In this document: positions 1 to 12,423 of the stretch, piece by piece | Position numbering within the stretch: position 1 is the stretch's first letter | How the letters are laid out: the number at the start of each line of letters is the position of its first letter | Assembly: GCF_018977255.1 (NCBI RefSeq) | Contig: NW_024704742.1 | Span: forward strand, 101,806,001 to 101,870,000 | DNA from: Callorhinchus milii | Lineage: Eukaryota | DNA: 64,000 nucleotides | Direction: 5' to 3' | The notes under the pieces: model-generated | The model's database searches: none | The model's input: the letters and a program-made list of their open reading frames with translations, nothing else | What the model was told of the DNA's origin: nothing | Position numbers and translations under genes: made by a program

Positions 1-868
1 CTCTGAGGATGACACAAAAATATTGCAAAGGGATATTGATAGGCTAGATTAGTCGGCAAGAAGGTGGCAGATGGAATATAATGTGGGGAAGTGTGAAGTT
101 ATTCACCTAGGTAGTAATAACAGAAAAGCAGATTATTTTCTGGAGGGGGAGAGACTAGATAATGTCAGTGTTCAGAGAGAATTGGGTGTCCTTGTATACC
201 AGTCACAACAAGTTAGTATGCAGGTACACAAGCAACTAGGAAGGCTAATGGCATGTTGGCGTTTATTGCAAAAGGGTTAAAATACAAGATTAGGGAAGTC
301 TTGCTGCAACTGTATAAGGCCTTGGTGGGATCGCAGCTAGAATATTGTGTGCAGTTTTGGTCTCCTTATTAAAGAAAGGACATACGCGCCTTAGAGGGGG
401 TTCACTAAGTAGGTTCACTAAGTTGGTTCCTGGGATGAGGGGGCTGACCTATGAGGATAGGTTGAGTAAACTAGGCCTATATTCTCCAGAATATAGAAGA
501 ATTAGTGGTGATCTTATAGAAACCTATAAGATTCTTAAGGGTCTTGACAGGGTAGATGCCGTGTGACTGTTTTCCCTGGTTGGAGAATCTAAAACTAGGG
601 GTCATAGTCTCAAGATTAAGGGACAGCCTTTTCGAACTGAATTGAGGAAACATTTCTTCACTCAGAATTTATGGAATTCTCTACCCCAGAAGGCTGTAGA
701 TGCTCCTTGAGCATATTCAAGACTGATATTGATAGATTTCTAAAGGATAGAGAGATTAAAGGATAAGGCGAGCAGATGGAGTTAGGTTAGAAGATCAGCC
801 ATGATCTTACTGAATGGCAGGGCAGGCTCGAGGGGCCGAATGGCCTACTACTGCTCCTAATTCCTATA
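1..868 (+). mobile_element. CR1 LINE 3' fragment (RT C-terminus and 3' UTR), family A
   Basis: WQMEYNVGKCEVIHLG and FTKLVPGMRGLTYEDRL motifs with frameshifts; CR1 tail gaatggcctactactgctcctaattcctat. Confidence 0.92.
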
Positions 869-977
869 CATACATACAGACACACACAGTGAATATATGG
901 AGTGGCTGCCAAGCTTTTTATTTTCAATGTAGGGAAAGGTACATCAATGATTTTTTTTGAAAAAAGGAAGTCATTAC

Positions 978-1162
978 CTTTGCTATAAAATAATCCCAGA
1001 TACTGAGCTCGGGTGGGATGAACTTCTCTTTATAATTTGGAAGCTCCTGGTTGACAATGGGAGAGGCAGATACCTCAGGTGCTTTGAACTCTCTGCTTTC
1101 TGATTGGGACGTCAAGAGTTTGAAGCGACTGTGACGTTTATCTTCAGGAGGAGCAGCAACCA
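978..1162 (-). CDS. DMXL1: DMXL1 exon ~29 (VAAPPEDKRH...YKEKFIPPELSIWDYFIAK)
   Basis: ttacag|TG...AAG|gtaatg; 185 nt, phase 1-0. Confidence 0.92.
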
Positions 1163-1602
1163 CTGTAAATGAAGCATTGAATGAAAAATGTGTAATGTGT
1201 TCCTTCAGTTATTGGCCTTCTTATACTGAGAACCATTTACATCACAAAACAGGCAGAATTTATGGATCTAATTCCGTAATATAGTAATCCATTTTTCTTT
1301 TTAAACAGACAGGCTCTCATTAACAATAATATTAATGAAGGCATACGTGAGTAATAACAGTTTAAAAGATTTCTCCAGTTTTCTAAATCAAACACATGAA
1401 AACTCCTTATGCATACAGCACAATAAATGTACAGCCTAAGGTGAAGCTCATTCATAGCCAAACCTGTTAATTTGAGGTAAATGCAAGCACATTGGATATA
1501 AACTCCATTCCACAGCAGACAGAAACACAGTCTTGATTGTATACCATTTAACATATGTTTATGGATTACAGTTAATTTTATAATCAGAATAATATTCACA
1601 AA

Positions 1603-1935
1603 CAGGAACATAGGAAAACAGGAGAAGGCTATTTAACCAGTTGAGCACATTCTACCAGTTTATCAGATCTTGGCAGATCTTCTAATCCCAATAACCATTC
1701 TTTCATCACACCACTCAATACCTCTAATACCCAAGTGTCTATGTGTCCTTTAAATATCTCTATTGATTCCACCTGTGCAGCTTTCTGGGGCAGAGCATTC
1801 CATACCTTTACATAAGAACATAAGAAATGCGAGATGAAAAAAAGACTAAGGTCCATCTAGTTCACCTTCAGGTGGTTGTAAAGGCAGTTTACAACACTCT
1901 GTGTGAAGAAACACTTCTTAACTGCAATTCCAGGA
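1603..1935 (-). mobile_element. Old CR1 3' end with a second CR1 tail nested in it (about 1812-1870)
   Basis: VWNALPQKAAQVESIEIFK motif; cataagaacataagaa terminal repeat. Confidence 0.7.
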
Positions 1936-2667
1936 GTCTTGGTTCTGTTTTTATGGTTATTTCTCTATGTAGTGGTCCTACTACCAAAGGGAAGAACTGA
2001 CCTCAAGACATACCTCTTTGACCATGGTTTTGGTCATTCTTCTCTCACCCACAGCTTGAATGACAGCCAGCAATCGGAAGGGCTTTGAGACATCCTCCTG
2101 ATGTGAAAGTCTCTATGTAAACTGTATAGAGTAAGTCACCCAATACCTAACTATCAATTCCTTTTCTGATGAAGGGTCGTGGACCCAAAATGTTGACTGA
2201 ATGAAATTGAGGTATTTAAAATATCTCAATTTATATTTATGGGGTTATACGCCTCTGCTCCAAGGAATATAATCCCACACTATCCAGCCTATCACAGTCA
2301 AACCCTTCCCTCCCAGTCTAGTTAAAATTAAACTAGTTGGTCTTAGATACTTTCTAAGACTAATGAATCCTTCCTAAGTTTGGATGTCTAAAAATAAACA
2401 TATGAAGTTGGATAAGAGCACTGTATAACTGGAGAAGTAACAATGATTAGGTCCTGATAATAATACAAACCAACATCCCATTTGTGTTATTGTCTGCGGT
2501 TCCCCACCATCAAATTAGATTTTAATAATCGAAACTTGAACCCCAAGATCTGTCTGTTCATTTACGCTTCCTAGTGCTTTTCCATTTAGAAAATCCTCCC
2601 AATCTTTATTCTTCTGCTCCAATTGTACTCCCTCATACTTTTCAAAGTAAACCTCTTTCATTGTTCT

Positions 2668-2923
2668 GTGGCGGGAGAGCCTTCAGCCACGCTGCCCCCA
2701 ACCTCTCGAATTCCATTTCCCAATCACCCCACCTCAACCCCTCCTTAGCCTCCTTCAAGTCCCGCGTCAAGACCCTCCTCTTCGACCATTCCATCGCCCA
2801 CCCCCTTCCCCTCCCTTCTCCCCCCCTGACCCCAGCTCAGGTCTGAAATGCTGTACCCTGTCCAGGCCTTGGAACGTCCTCCTGACATGAAAGGTGCTAC
2901 ACAAATGTAATCTTGTTGTTGCT
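2668..2923 (+). mobile_element. L2 3' fragment
   Basis: GGRAFSHAAP...FKSRVKTLLF followed by the conserved tail. Confidence 0.88.
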
Positions 2924-3847
2924 TAATCAATCAACATTTCTTTGCAATTTTCCCCTGATCTCTTCACATCAAGAAAAAAAATAAGCAATGTTGTGTGATA
3001 ATACTAAGTCCTATTTTTTAAGCAGCTTTCATCACTCAATCATTGTTCCATTAAAGACTCTTAAGTGAAAGCATCAGTGACAAGACACAAAATATGCTAT
3101 TGAAGTGTTGACAGTACATGTGCAAAATATGCTGAAATGATACCATGCACCAAGTCCTTTTTATTTGACATTCAGCTAACATGGTTTCTATAATCTATTT
3201 TCGGTTTAAAGAGAACTTCCTTGCATGCGAACAAATGGCAAACCTTTTACAATTTCCACTGTCTAAATAACCAGTCAGCTTTACCTGGAGATCTTGAGTT
3301 AGTGAAATATATATTTTTTCAACGTGTTAGTTGAAAATTAAACCAATCCTTTCCAAGCTGCAGACATGCCTAGTATTTACTTTGCAATGCAACTACTGCA
3401 GCTGTAACACAAATATAGTAGGCATTAGTACTTACTCACCAACCTCACCAGTAACCTGAGCTATATCAGACTCAGATACACTGAATTGATAGGGATCAAG
3501 CTGGAGCTCTGGGTGAGAAAATTCCCTTACCGTATCTTTATCTTTGTTGGGAAAGCAATGAAAAGGGTGTGAAAGTGAAGAAATATATAAAACAAACAAA
3601 ACTAGAATCAGAAACAAAATAATTTTTCTTTGAAAGCAGGCAATACAATATCCACTTTAAAAAGTGCATGCAAATTATAATACCCTAGTAGTTTAAAATC
3701 AGCATTCTTCCCACTTTGGGATATTTTCTGACCATTGAGTCTGGCAGCCAAAAAAGAGAGATGAGTTAGTGCCCTGCACAATCTGATGAGTGTCTATCCT
3801 GCTCTAACAGTCAGCAGAAACTCTTCGTACATTCAACCTAGTTTTAG

Positions 3848-5395
3848 GACATAAGAATTTGCTAGGTGAAAGTAGATCAAGGTCCATCTAGTTTGCCTTC
3901 CATCATCCTAACAGTCGCTTGACATGTCGTGTAGCAAACTATATGCTTTGTCCCGAGATATTATTTTCTAGCAGAAATCTACAAAAAAACATTTTCTGCT
4001 TCCACTGTCTCCCAAGGAAGCCTGTTCCATAAGTTTACTATTTGCTCACTGAAGTAGTGTTTCTGCAGATTTGTTCTGAATTTACCCCTTAAATCATAGG
4101 CCATGTCCTCTGGTTTTACTGTTGAGTACGAGATAAAACGTATGGTTTTATGATGTTCTACATTATCTATTCCCTTTAGAATCTTAAATCATAATCGTAT
4201 CAAGCATCAACCTTTTCTTCTCAGTGTGAATATGTCCACCTTATCTAATCGCTCCTCATAGTCCAGTCGCTCCATCTCCTCAATCATTTTGGTTGCCCTT
4301 CTCTGTATCTATCCTCTCAATTGCTGCAATATCCTTTTTATATTCCAGTGACCAGAACTGCACACTGTAGTTCAAGTGCAGTGATTTATAAAGTGACAGG
4401 AATACCCCACTATTTTGGTTCAATAATGCCCTTTTAATACAGCCCAGCATCTGGTTCGCCTTATTCACTCCTACCGAGCACTGTTGCGATAGCTTCAATT
4501 TATTATCAATCAGGATCCCAGGTCCTTTTCATTTTCCATACAGATTATTTTCTAACCATTTAAATAATAGTCCCTTCCTGGATTTTTTTGTCCCAATGTG
4601 AAGCTCTTTCCATTCCTTCCTCTACATTAAATTTCATCTGCCATCGATCTGCCCAATTCCCAAGAATGTTCAAGTCCTCCAGTAACCTATCCTGTTCATC
4701 TTTGCAGTCGACCATAGCTTTGTGTCACCTGCAAATTTAGCCATTGTGCTTGTGACTCCTAGCTCCAGGTCATTTATGAAGATGCCAAATTAAAGAGGTA
4801 CCAAAACAGACCCCTGTGGAACTTCACTGGTAACATTCTCCCAGCCTGATGACATTCCCTGTACCACTATCTTCTGGGTTCTATCAGTCAGCCAATTACA
4901 AATCAATTGTAAGATACTGCCTCTGATTCCCGCTTTCTTTATTTTCAGTACCAGCCTTTCATGAGGAACTATATCAAAGGCCTTACTGAAGTCCAGATAT
5001 ACAACATCCACTGTCTTAGCCTTATCAAGCTCCCTTGTCACACAGTAAAGAAAAACAGTAAATTAGTTTGGCAGGATCTCCCTTTCTTAAACCCATATTA
5101 GCTATCTTTTATCATATTATTACTGTCCAGATGCTCCATGGTCTTATTTTTAATAAAGAGTCTCCATAACTTGACCCAAAACAGACGTTAAACTCACTGG
5201 ACTGTAGTTTCCTAGGTCATTTCTGCTACATTTTTAAAAAAAGGAGTAATATCTGCCTTACTCCAGTCCCCAGGCACCTCTCCAGTATCCAGTGCTTTCT
5301 GAAAGATTTGTGCCAGAGTTCCTGCAATTTCCTCCCTTGGTTCCTTAAAAATCCTCAAATGCAATTTATCCGCCCCCATGGGATTTTTTTACCTT
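3848..5395 (-). mobile_element. CR1 LINE, 5'-truncated, family B
   Basis: VDVVYLDFSKAFDIVPHERL, VPQGSVL and YSVQFWS motifs; multiple stops and frameshifts. Confidence 0.92.
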
Positions 5396-7629
5396 ATGTT
5401 TGCACAGCTGTTTGGCAACCATGTTGGTAGTTATACGTATTGTGTCACAAATTGCCTCTGCAACACAACTGAGTTCTCTTTCCAGATCCAATAAATTTCT
5501 TATCTTGTATTTACTAAAACCTGAGGCAAAAAACTTACTTAGTAACTTATTTTTAACACATGAATGCATTATTTCGGACCGACAGTTTTTTCTATGTTTG
5601 ACAAATAAACTTTCTCACAGTATATGCCATCCAGGTAAGACATAAGACCAGAATACGAACAACTTTGTTTTTCTTTACTCCTGCACTTCAAATTGATTTG
5701 CCGAACTATCTTTTCTACTGGAAGTGAAATATCACATATTGGTAATTTTCAGTGCTCATCAACGTAAGGAATAATTACTTTCCCAGATTCCAGTACCCAT
5801 TGTTAGATCTGTTACGTTCTTTAAAGCTAGCCCTAGTAAAGTCTCCTTTATTTATGCCTATTTCACAGACTATGAGTATACATGCTTCCATTTCCAATGT
5901 CAACTATTATCTCGTTGACACTGTTAATTTAGTACTAATATATGGCATTTTTTATGCAGTTTTGTGCTTTGTCCTTATTATCATTACAAACTAAGTTCAG
6001 ATTGCCCCGCAACTCATTCCTGACTGATCGAGAAGTGCTGAGGCTTTCATTCCAAATAGTCTGTTTGGAACTAAATCTGATCCCAAAGATGAAAGGCCAG
6101 TATTTTTCCTCCTTCCTATCATATTACAAAATGAAATAGAGGCTTGAAGAGGTATGCGGATAAGGCAGAGTAGTGAACACCTTGCTTTAAAAGCTGGTGC
6201 AGACTTGAGTAGAATTGCTTCCTTTCTTTGCTGTAAATTTCTATGATTTAATGAAATAGTCCTTCTGGGCAGGACCCAAACAGCAAAATTAATACCTTTC
6301 AGCAGATGAATCCAATTTGATGGGCAATACAGAAACATTCAGTTAATATGTTAAAAAGGTGTCCAAATTTGCTCAGTAATAAGACGTTGTTTCAGAGAAA
6401 AATGACTGCATCTGTAGCCACGATATTCATAAAAGGAATACTTACAATGGACCAGGACTTCAGAAGTTAGACTTTTCAAATTCATTCATGGTTAGACTTT
6501 AGTTAAAAAATATATTTTGTATTTACCAGCTTAAATCAACTTGTTTTGCCTGTAACTAAGCGAAAACTATATATTTTTTCTGATAGATAAGCAGGAGCAC
6601 AGAATCACAGCATCTACTTGCACAGAAATGAATCAGGAATGTTGGCTGAAGAGAATGCTAGAAATGAGATGGCGAAGAAATGACAGGAGAAGTACTTATA
6701 TTATTCTCAATGATAGAAGTAAACAAAATCCATCAATATTTAACTCAGATCCCCATGATGATTCTAGAATTCTCATTGAAGGATTATCGATTTATTCAAT
6801 TTCCCCTAACTCAATAAAAGAACTTGAAACAGAACCATATATCATCAGTTATAAATAGATTGAGCATGCTTTTCTTCCACTCTGTACACAGAGATTACAT
6901 TATATCAAAACACTAGTCTAATGCAAAAGCCCATTAACTAACATGTAATGCTAACTCACAATGATATTAATAGAACTGGGTTAATTGTTTAAAAAAGCAA
7001 TAGTTTTTTTTCAAATATTTTCCTTTCCTTAATTCAATTTGTTTCCTTGCAACTACAATAACTTCCCCATAAGGACTTGAAATGAAACATTTATCCTTTT
7101 TGACAGAAAGATTTATTTTTCATAAACTATTTCACCCTTAACTTCTTTCAATTAATCATTTTTCACAAGTATTGGATTCAGCAGATAAACTCATGAGAGA
7201 ATATTATTGGTAGTAAACCAGGCATGTCTGTTCCTTTAAAGATATAGTATCTTTGCTTTTGCAATACCCACTTGCCCACTTTTCTTTTACATGTCCGATC
7301 AAACTTTCATACAGGGAATCAATTATGCACCATTTGTCCACCATGTGTAAAACATGCCCTTAATTATGTAATTAACCAACAAAAAGGATTGATTAAATTT
7401 ATAGTTAATAAAAACTTTTTATTGGTCAAAACTATTATGGATCCCCAGATTTCCTGCTGTACATGTACATGGTGCATCATAGTGCAAATTACATCACCCT
7501 GTAAAATGGATTGGATAACTCGTTCTGTGACAGGATAGGGCAGGAAGCCACGGTGCAGCCCTTCAATAGATCAGAGACGTCTGGGATACATCTGAGCATG
7601 TGCCCCCAAGCTCCTCCGAGTGCCAGTCA

Positions 7630-7648
7630 CAGTGCCCCCTTGTGGCTA
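7630..7648 (-). promoter_or_regulatory. Candidate CTCF binding site
   Basis: Minus strand AGCCACAAGGGGGCACTG, one mismatch from the core CCRSYAGRKGGCRC. Confidence 0.5.
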
Positions 7649-7901
7649 GGGAAGACCTATGCCGAACGTGCCACTCCGGATAACTAGTCACTGAGGCTAT
7701 TCCCCTTGGAGTGATGACTCCAGATTAACTGTAATAATATTAAGTCTAACAAATCTTCTGTGACATTTTTTCAATTAAATTTTAATTCCAGTCCTGAATC
7801 CCCCTATAACCAAATTTGTAGTTATGACACTGGGGTGTTCAATATTGTATTTTCAGATTAGCTTAACAAAGACTATTTTACCCATTTTAAATTGTAGGGC
7901 A

Positions 7902-8120
7902 ACCTCTGGGATTCCATCCCCCAATCACTCCGCCTCGCCCCCTCCTTAACCTCCTTCAATTCCCTCCTCAAGACCCTCCTCTTTGACCATGCCATCGGCC
8001 ATCCCCCTTCCCCTCCCCGACCCCATCTCAGGTCTTAAATGCTGTACACTGTCCAGCGCCTTGGGACGTCCTCCTGACGTGAAAGGCGCTATACAAATGT
8101 AATCTTGTTGTTGTTATTGT
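7902..8120 (+). mobile_element. L2 3' fragment
   Basis: Tail cagcgccttgggacgtcctcctgacgtgaaaggcgctatacaaatgtaatcttgttgttg. Confidence 0.88.
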
Positions 8121-10529
8121 AGAATGACTTTTGTTACCATTGTTTGTATGGACCCAAACCAGTTCCTGAACCTGTTATTTTAAACCATCAGTTAAAACAC
8201 CACTCTGGTGGGAATAATTTGTCGAGCAGCAATTCTTTAATGATTTCACATTGTGACCATGAAAGACTATTTAGCTCGTCAATCCTATTCTACCATTTTA
8301 TTAGAACACGGCAGATCTTTTAATAATTTCCTGCTTTTCTCCATACCTCTTAATACTCTTCCCAAAAAACTATCAGTCCTTTCAAAAGCACAAATACTGC
8401 ATTTATAGAATTCAAGGGCAAAACACCTCATTCTTACACCCTTTATATGAATAAATAATCCTCCTATTAACTGTTTTAGCTCTTACTTTAAGACTTTTCT
8501 GTTTTGAATCCATCCTGCAGAGGGAAGAGTAATTCTCTATTATGCTTATCAATTCCCTTTATGGTGTTAAACACCTCAATCAGATCACTCCTCAAATTCA
8601 ACCTTCTCAACTCTAGAAAGTATAACTCCAGTCTACTCAGCCTATCATTATACTATTGCATTGAATTTAACTGAAGAAGTCTTTGGCTATATTTTTCAGT
8701 TCAGGACCAATTGTTTGGCAATTGCTCCCAACTTGTTGAACATACATTGAGATCCAGACATTAATTGGAAATACTGGAAGACTTTACTGAGCCATGAAGA
8801 GAACTGACATATCAGTAATAAATGTTGATGCCTTCAGCAAACTGATTCCCAGGTGCAACATTTACTGATCCCCTGATCACCAAACAGTTTAAATTTTTTG
8901 GTAAAATAGAAAAACATAGACCATAACCAGAATATTTTTCTGACCTTCTAAGTACCAGAAACGGCAAAGTTCATTGTTTAAATAAAACAAATCAAAACAT
9001 TTCTAAAAAGGTTTGGTGCAGCTGATACATCTATCTTCTATATATATATAAAATATAAATAAAACAATAATGTCTGTGCTTCAAGGAGGATCTCAATAAC
9101 CAATTGCCACAGAAACATGATTTATACCTCATCGGAAATATCTTGCACCTGGTAGTTGAGATGGGCATATTTGTTTTCCGGTATTTCCTATCGTTCATGA
9201 GTTATTTTCAGTTTGCATTTTTCGCTGCAGTTACACCTGCTGGCCACCGAGTTAAAGTGGGGCTGGGCAACGTACGTCACAGAGCATCGACATATGTACG
9301 CACACACTGCAGTTAGACTCGGCGGCTGCGCCGGCTGACCGTGGCGCTGTGGCATCCTGCATCACAGAGCACGCACATAGCCAAGCAGTGGAAACAAATA
9401 AAGAACACAGACGAAGCTAAGACATGGCAACAACAACAAAATTACATTTTTAAAGCGCCGAGTCCTCCCAAAAGGAGTCCTCCCAGATGAGTATAGATAA
9501 AGATGAAATGTCTGTCTGTGTGTCAATTTACATTCATACTGGATCCTTTGGTTGTAAGTGTAAATGCAAGAGGTGCAGCTAGTATATGTGCCGAAAACTA
9601 TAAAACACCATTCTGTGTGTGGAATAGCAATCACACACATCACATGGACAAATGGTGCCATAGTTAGAATGCCTAGTCTATTATTTTATCAACAAGGGCA
9701 TGTAAACTTACAAATTCTAATATTACAATAGGATTGTGTAGATGGGCAGGCAACTTAACTTTTTGTTTGCTTTGATTTTAAAAAAGCCAGTTACATTTAA
9801 GGCAAAACATGTTAGAAATTTAGGTTTAATTTCTCATAAGCACACCCAAACACAGATCAAAGCCAGCAAGGGATTATGAAAGACTAACAGAACCCAAAAC
9901 TGTAAGGAGCTTTCGCAGTATTATTCTGGGTTCCTCGGTGCAGGCACTATATTAAACACTCAAGTTCCATTAGGCTTGCCTGCTGCACTTGCAGGAGAGT
10001 CAGGATTGAAGACTGACAGAGCTTTTGAAAAACGCACACAATCCATGGAGTACACTACTAGCTGCCGTGGGCTATGCTCAGGTGAGCACCTTCCTGTCAA
10101 AATAGATGAGCACAAGTGTCAAGACTTTACTACTGGACAATATATGAAGACAATACACTGAAATAAATATAAACACAAAAAAACACAAATTACTATGAAA
10201 CTGCACCTTAAGCGTACTTCTGAGTTAGTGATACTCACAAGAGAAAACAGTTCAAAACTTAAGACCATTAAGTTGGAAGAATTTTTTTTAAAAAAACCTG
10301 AAAGACCAGAGTAAATGTGGAGCCAAGGCTTCAGTGATTTTTCATTTGTTTCATTCAGAGACATGCTAAATTAGAGAAAATAATAATGATCAATTGATGA
10401 AATGAAGGGCTTTAAGGAGATCATAAGAATCGGATATCTATAAAATCATTATTGGTCATTACTGCAATGATGTTGATGATTTGGTAAACACAACAGTCAT
10501 TTGCATCATAAACATCATAAACAAACCTG

Positions 10530-10797
10530 GGGAACAGCCACAAGATGAACAGCCAATTTATCTGGAGAGTTATTGGTTAGGGCACCAGGAATTCCTTTCT
10601 TTTTTCAAGTAGTATCATAGGATTTTTCACAACAGGCAGATGGGAATTCAATTTAACATCTCATTCAAAAGTTGACACCCCCAACAATACAGTACTCCCC
10701 CATTAATGAACTGGACGGTTAGCTCAAGTCCTGATTGTAGGGTTGATTCCACAATCTTCTGGCCCAGAGTCAAAAGTGCTACCAACTGAGCCAAACA
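10530..10797 (-). mobile_element. Deu-domain SINE fragment
   Basis: tttaacatctcattcaaaag core and head agtgctaccaactgagcc. Confidence 0.72.
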
Positions 10798-11070
10798 GAC
10801 GCATTAAAAGACACATTTTAGGAACAGAATTTATCATTCTACAGATGCTACAAGAGAAAACTTGTAGATATATTAAAAAATCGCCATCAAGGCAATTTTT
10901 CATCCAGTAATACAATGAGATAGAAATTGTTTTCAGTTTTTTTTACTTTGTGTATAATATTGTCTTGATTATTGAGAAGTATACTTGCAGTTAATATATA
11001 ATAAAACTGAAATTTTATACAAATACCAATCAGTGCATATTTTTTGGAAAAAAAGTTATGCCACACAAAC

Positions 11071-11319
11071 CTGTACTATGTGTAGACTGGCTGTTGCTTT
11101 TCACAGGAACTTGGGCACCTCCACCAAATACTGCAGCCCACATGTTGCTGTTAAGAGGATGAGCTACAAGTCGGAAAAGCTCATTGCTGGCATGTGTTGC
11201 CAGGCCATGAGCAAAAAGACTGAAGTAAACTGCAGTCAAGACCTCACACAGCAGGACTGCTAATTTGGGCCTGTCTTCGTCCCCAGCAGAATTTAATAGG
11301 TGGATTAACTGCTTTATAC
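11071..11319 (-). CDS. DMXL1: DMXL1 exon ~28 (IKQLIHLLNSAG...NELFRLVAHPLNSNMWAAVFGGG...THST)
   Basis: ccgcag|GT...CAG|gtttgt; 249 nt, phase 1-1. Confidence 0.9.
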
Positions 11320-11809
11320 CTGCGGATCAAAATATTGGGATTAAATACATACAGGGATCTCAAAACAAACAAAAAAATACATTATTGATCCTACTCTTTC
11401 ACCCATTAATAATGCTCCTCAGACTCTTTTTTTGCCTTTCAACAACATGCATTTACGTAGCAATTTTCATGCAGGATAGTCCTGCAAACTCAGAGGAATC
11501 CTTAATCAAAAGAGTGAAAGGTAACAAGGAAGCTGGTGGATACATTGAATTGTAGGTCAAAACAGGGAATCTATGGAACCAATGTAGCAGGTTGAATTAT
11601 TCTGTAAGTTCAAATTCCAGACAGAAGGCTTGAACCCACAACCTTTTGACTCAGTATTAAAATGGTATAATAAAACAGCAAAACTGCAAAATTAATCAGC
11701 CCCCAAAAAGCTTAAACAACAAACTGGTACTATAATGAAAGTAGCTGGGTACTCTTCCACAAAAAGGATCTATGTGCACTTTGAGTTGAAGAAATGTATA
11801 TTATCTATA

Positions 11810-11907
11810 AATATATATATATATATGTGTGTGTATGTATATATGCATATATATATACATATATACACACACACACACACACACATGCATGCATATATAT
11901 ATATATA

Positions 11908-11938
<31 letters not shown>
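11810..11938. repeat. Compound (TA)n/(TG)n/(CA)n microsatellite
   Basis: Read directly from the sequence. Confidence 0.95.
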
Positions 11939-11964
11939 GGGTGGAAAACTGGGTTAAACTTTTA

Positions 11965-12150
11965 GAATAGTGCTATGGGATCTTTAATGTCCACCTGGAC
12001 AGGCAGACTGGACCTCAGTTTAACATTCCATTTGAAGGACGGCATTTCCAACACCACATTGCACTGGACTGTTAGACTAAACAATAAGCTCAAAGTCCTG
12101 ACTTGAGGCTTGAAGCCACAATTCACACACAAGAGGCCTCCAACTAAATT
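11965..12150 (-). mobile_element. Deu-domain SINE fragment
   Basis: atgggatctttaatgtccacctg...gtttaacattccatttgaaggacggca. Confidence 0.75.
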
Positions 12151-12295
12151 CAAATTGATAGTAGCTTGGTGGTCAACTTAATCAATTTAACTGACAAGCC
12201 ATTTACGTTTATGTGGAGGTTGAATGAACTGTATTACCAGTATATTCAACTATATATTGGATTCCATACCAAACAAAATGATTAATAATGAATAC

Positions 12296-12423
12296 CTGGC
12301 CACTGATGAGGGGATGTATTGGGAGACACTGTGCCATCTAAACTTGCTGCTCTGTGTGAGCGTTGCTGTGTAAAGAAAAAGCCCTGATAGACCATTCCAG
12401 TGAATCGGTTTGCATATGAAGAA
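12296..12423 (-). CDS. DMXL1: DMXL1 exon ~27 (SSYANRFTGMVYQG...SPNTSPHQWP)
   Basis: tttcag|T...CAG|gtattc; 128 nt, phase 2-1. Confidence 0.91.

Noticed and set aside
3279..3304. Recursive-splice-like site or 8-nt microexon on the minus strand (cactaactcaagatctccag|gtaaag)
   Set aside because: There is an intervening AG and a poor pyrimidine tract, 8 nt breaks the frame, and the intron is only ~10 kb.
5997..6338. 113-aa minus-strand ORF in intron ~28
   Set aside because: No recognisable homology and no convincing phase-compatible splice sites.
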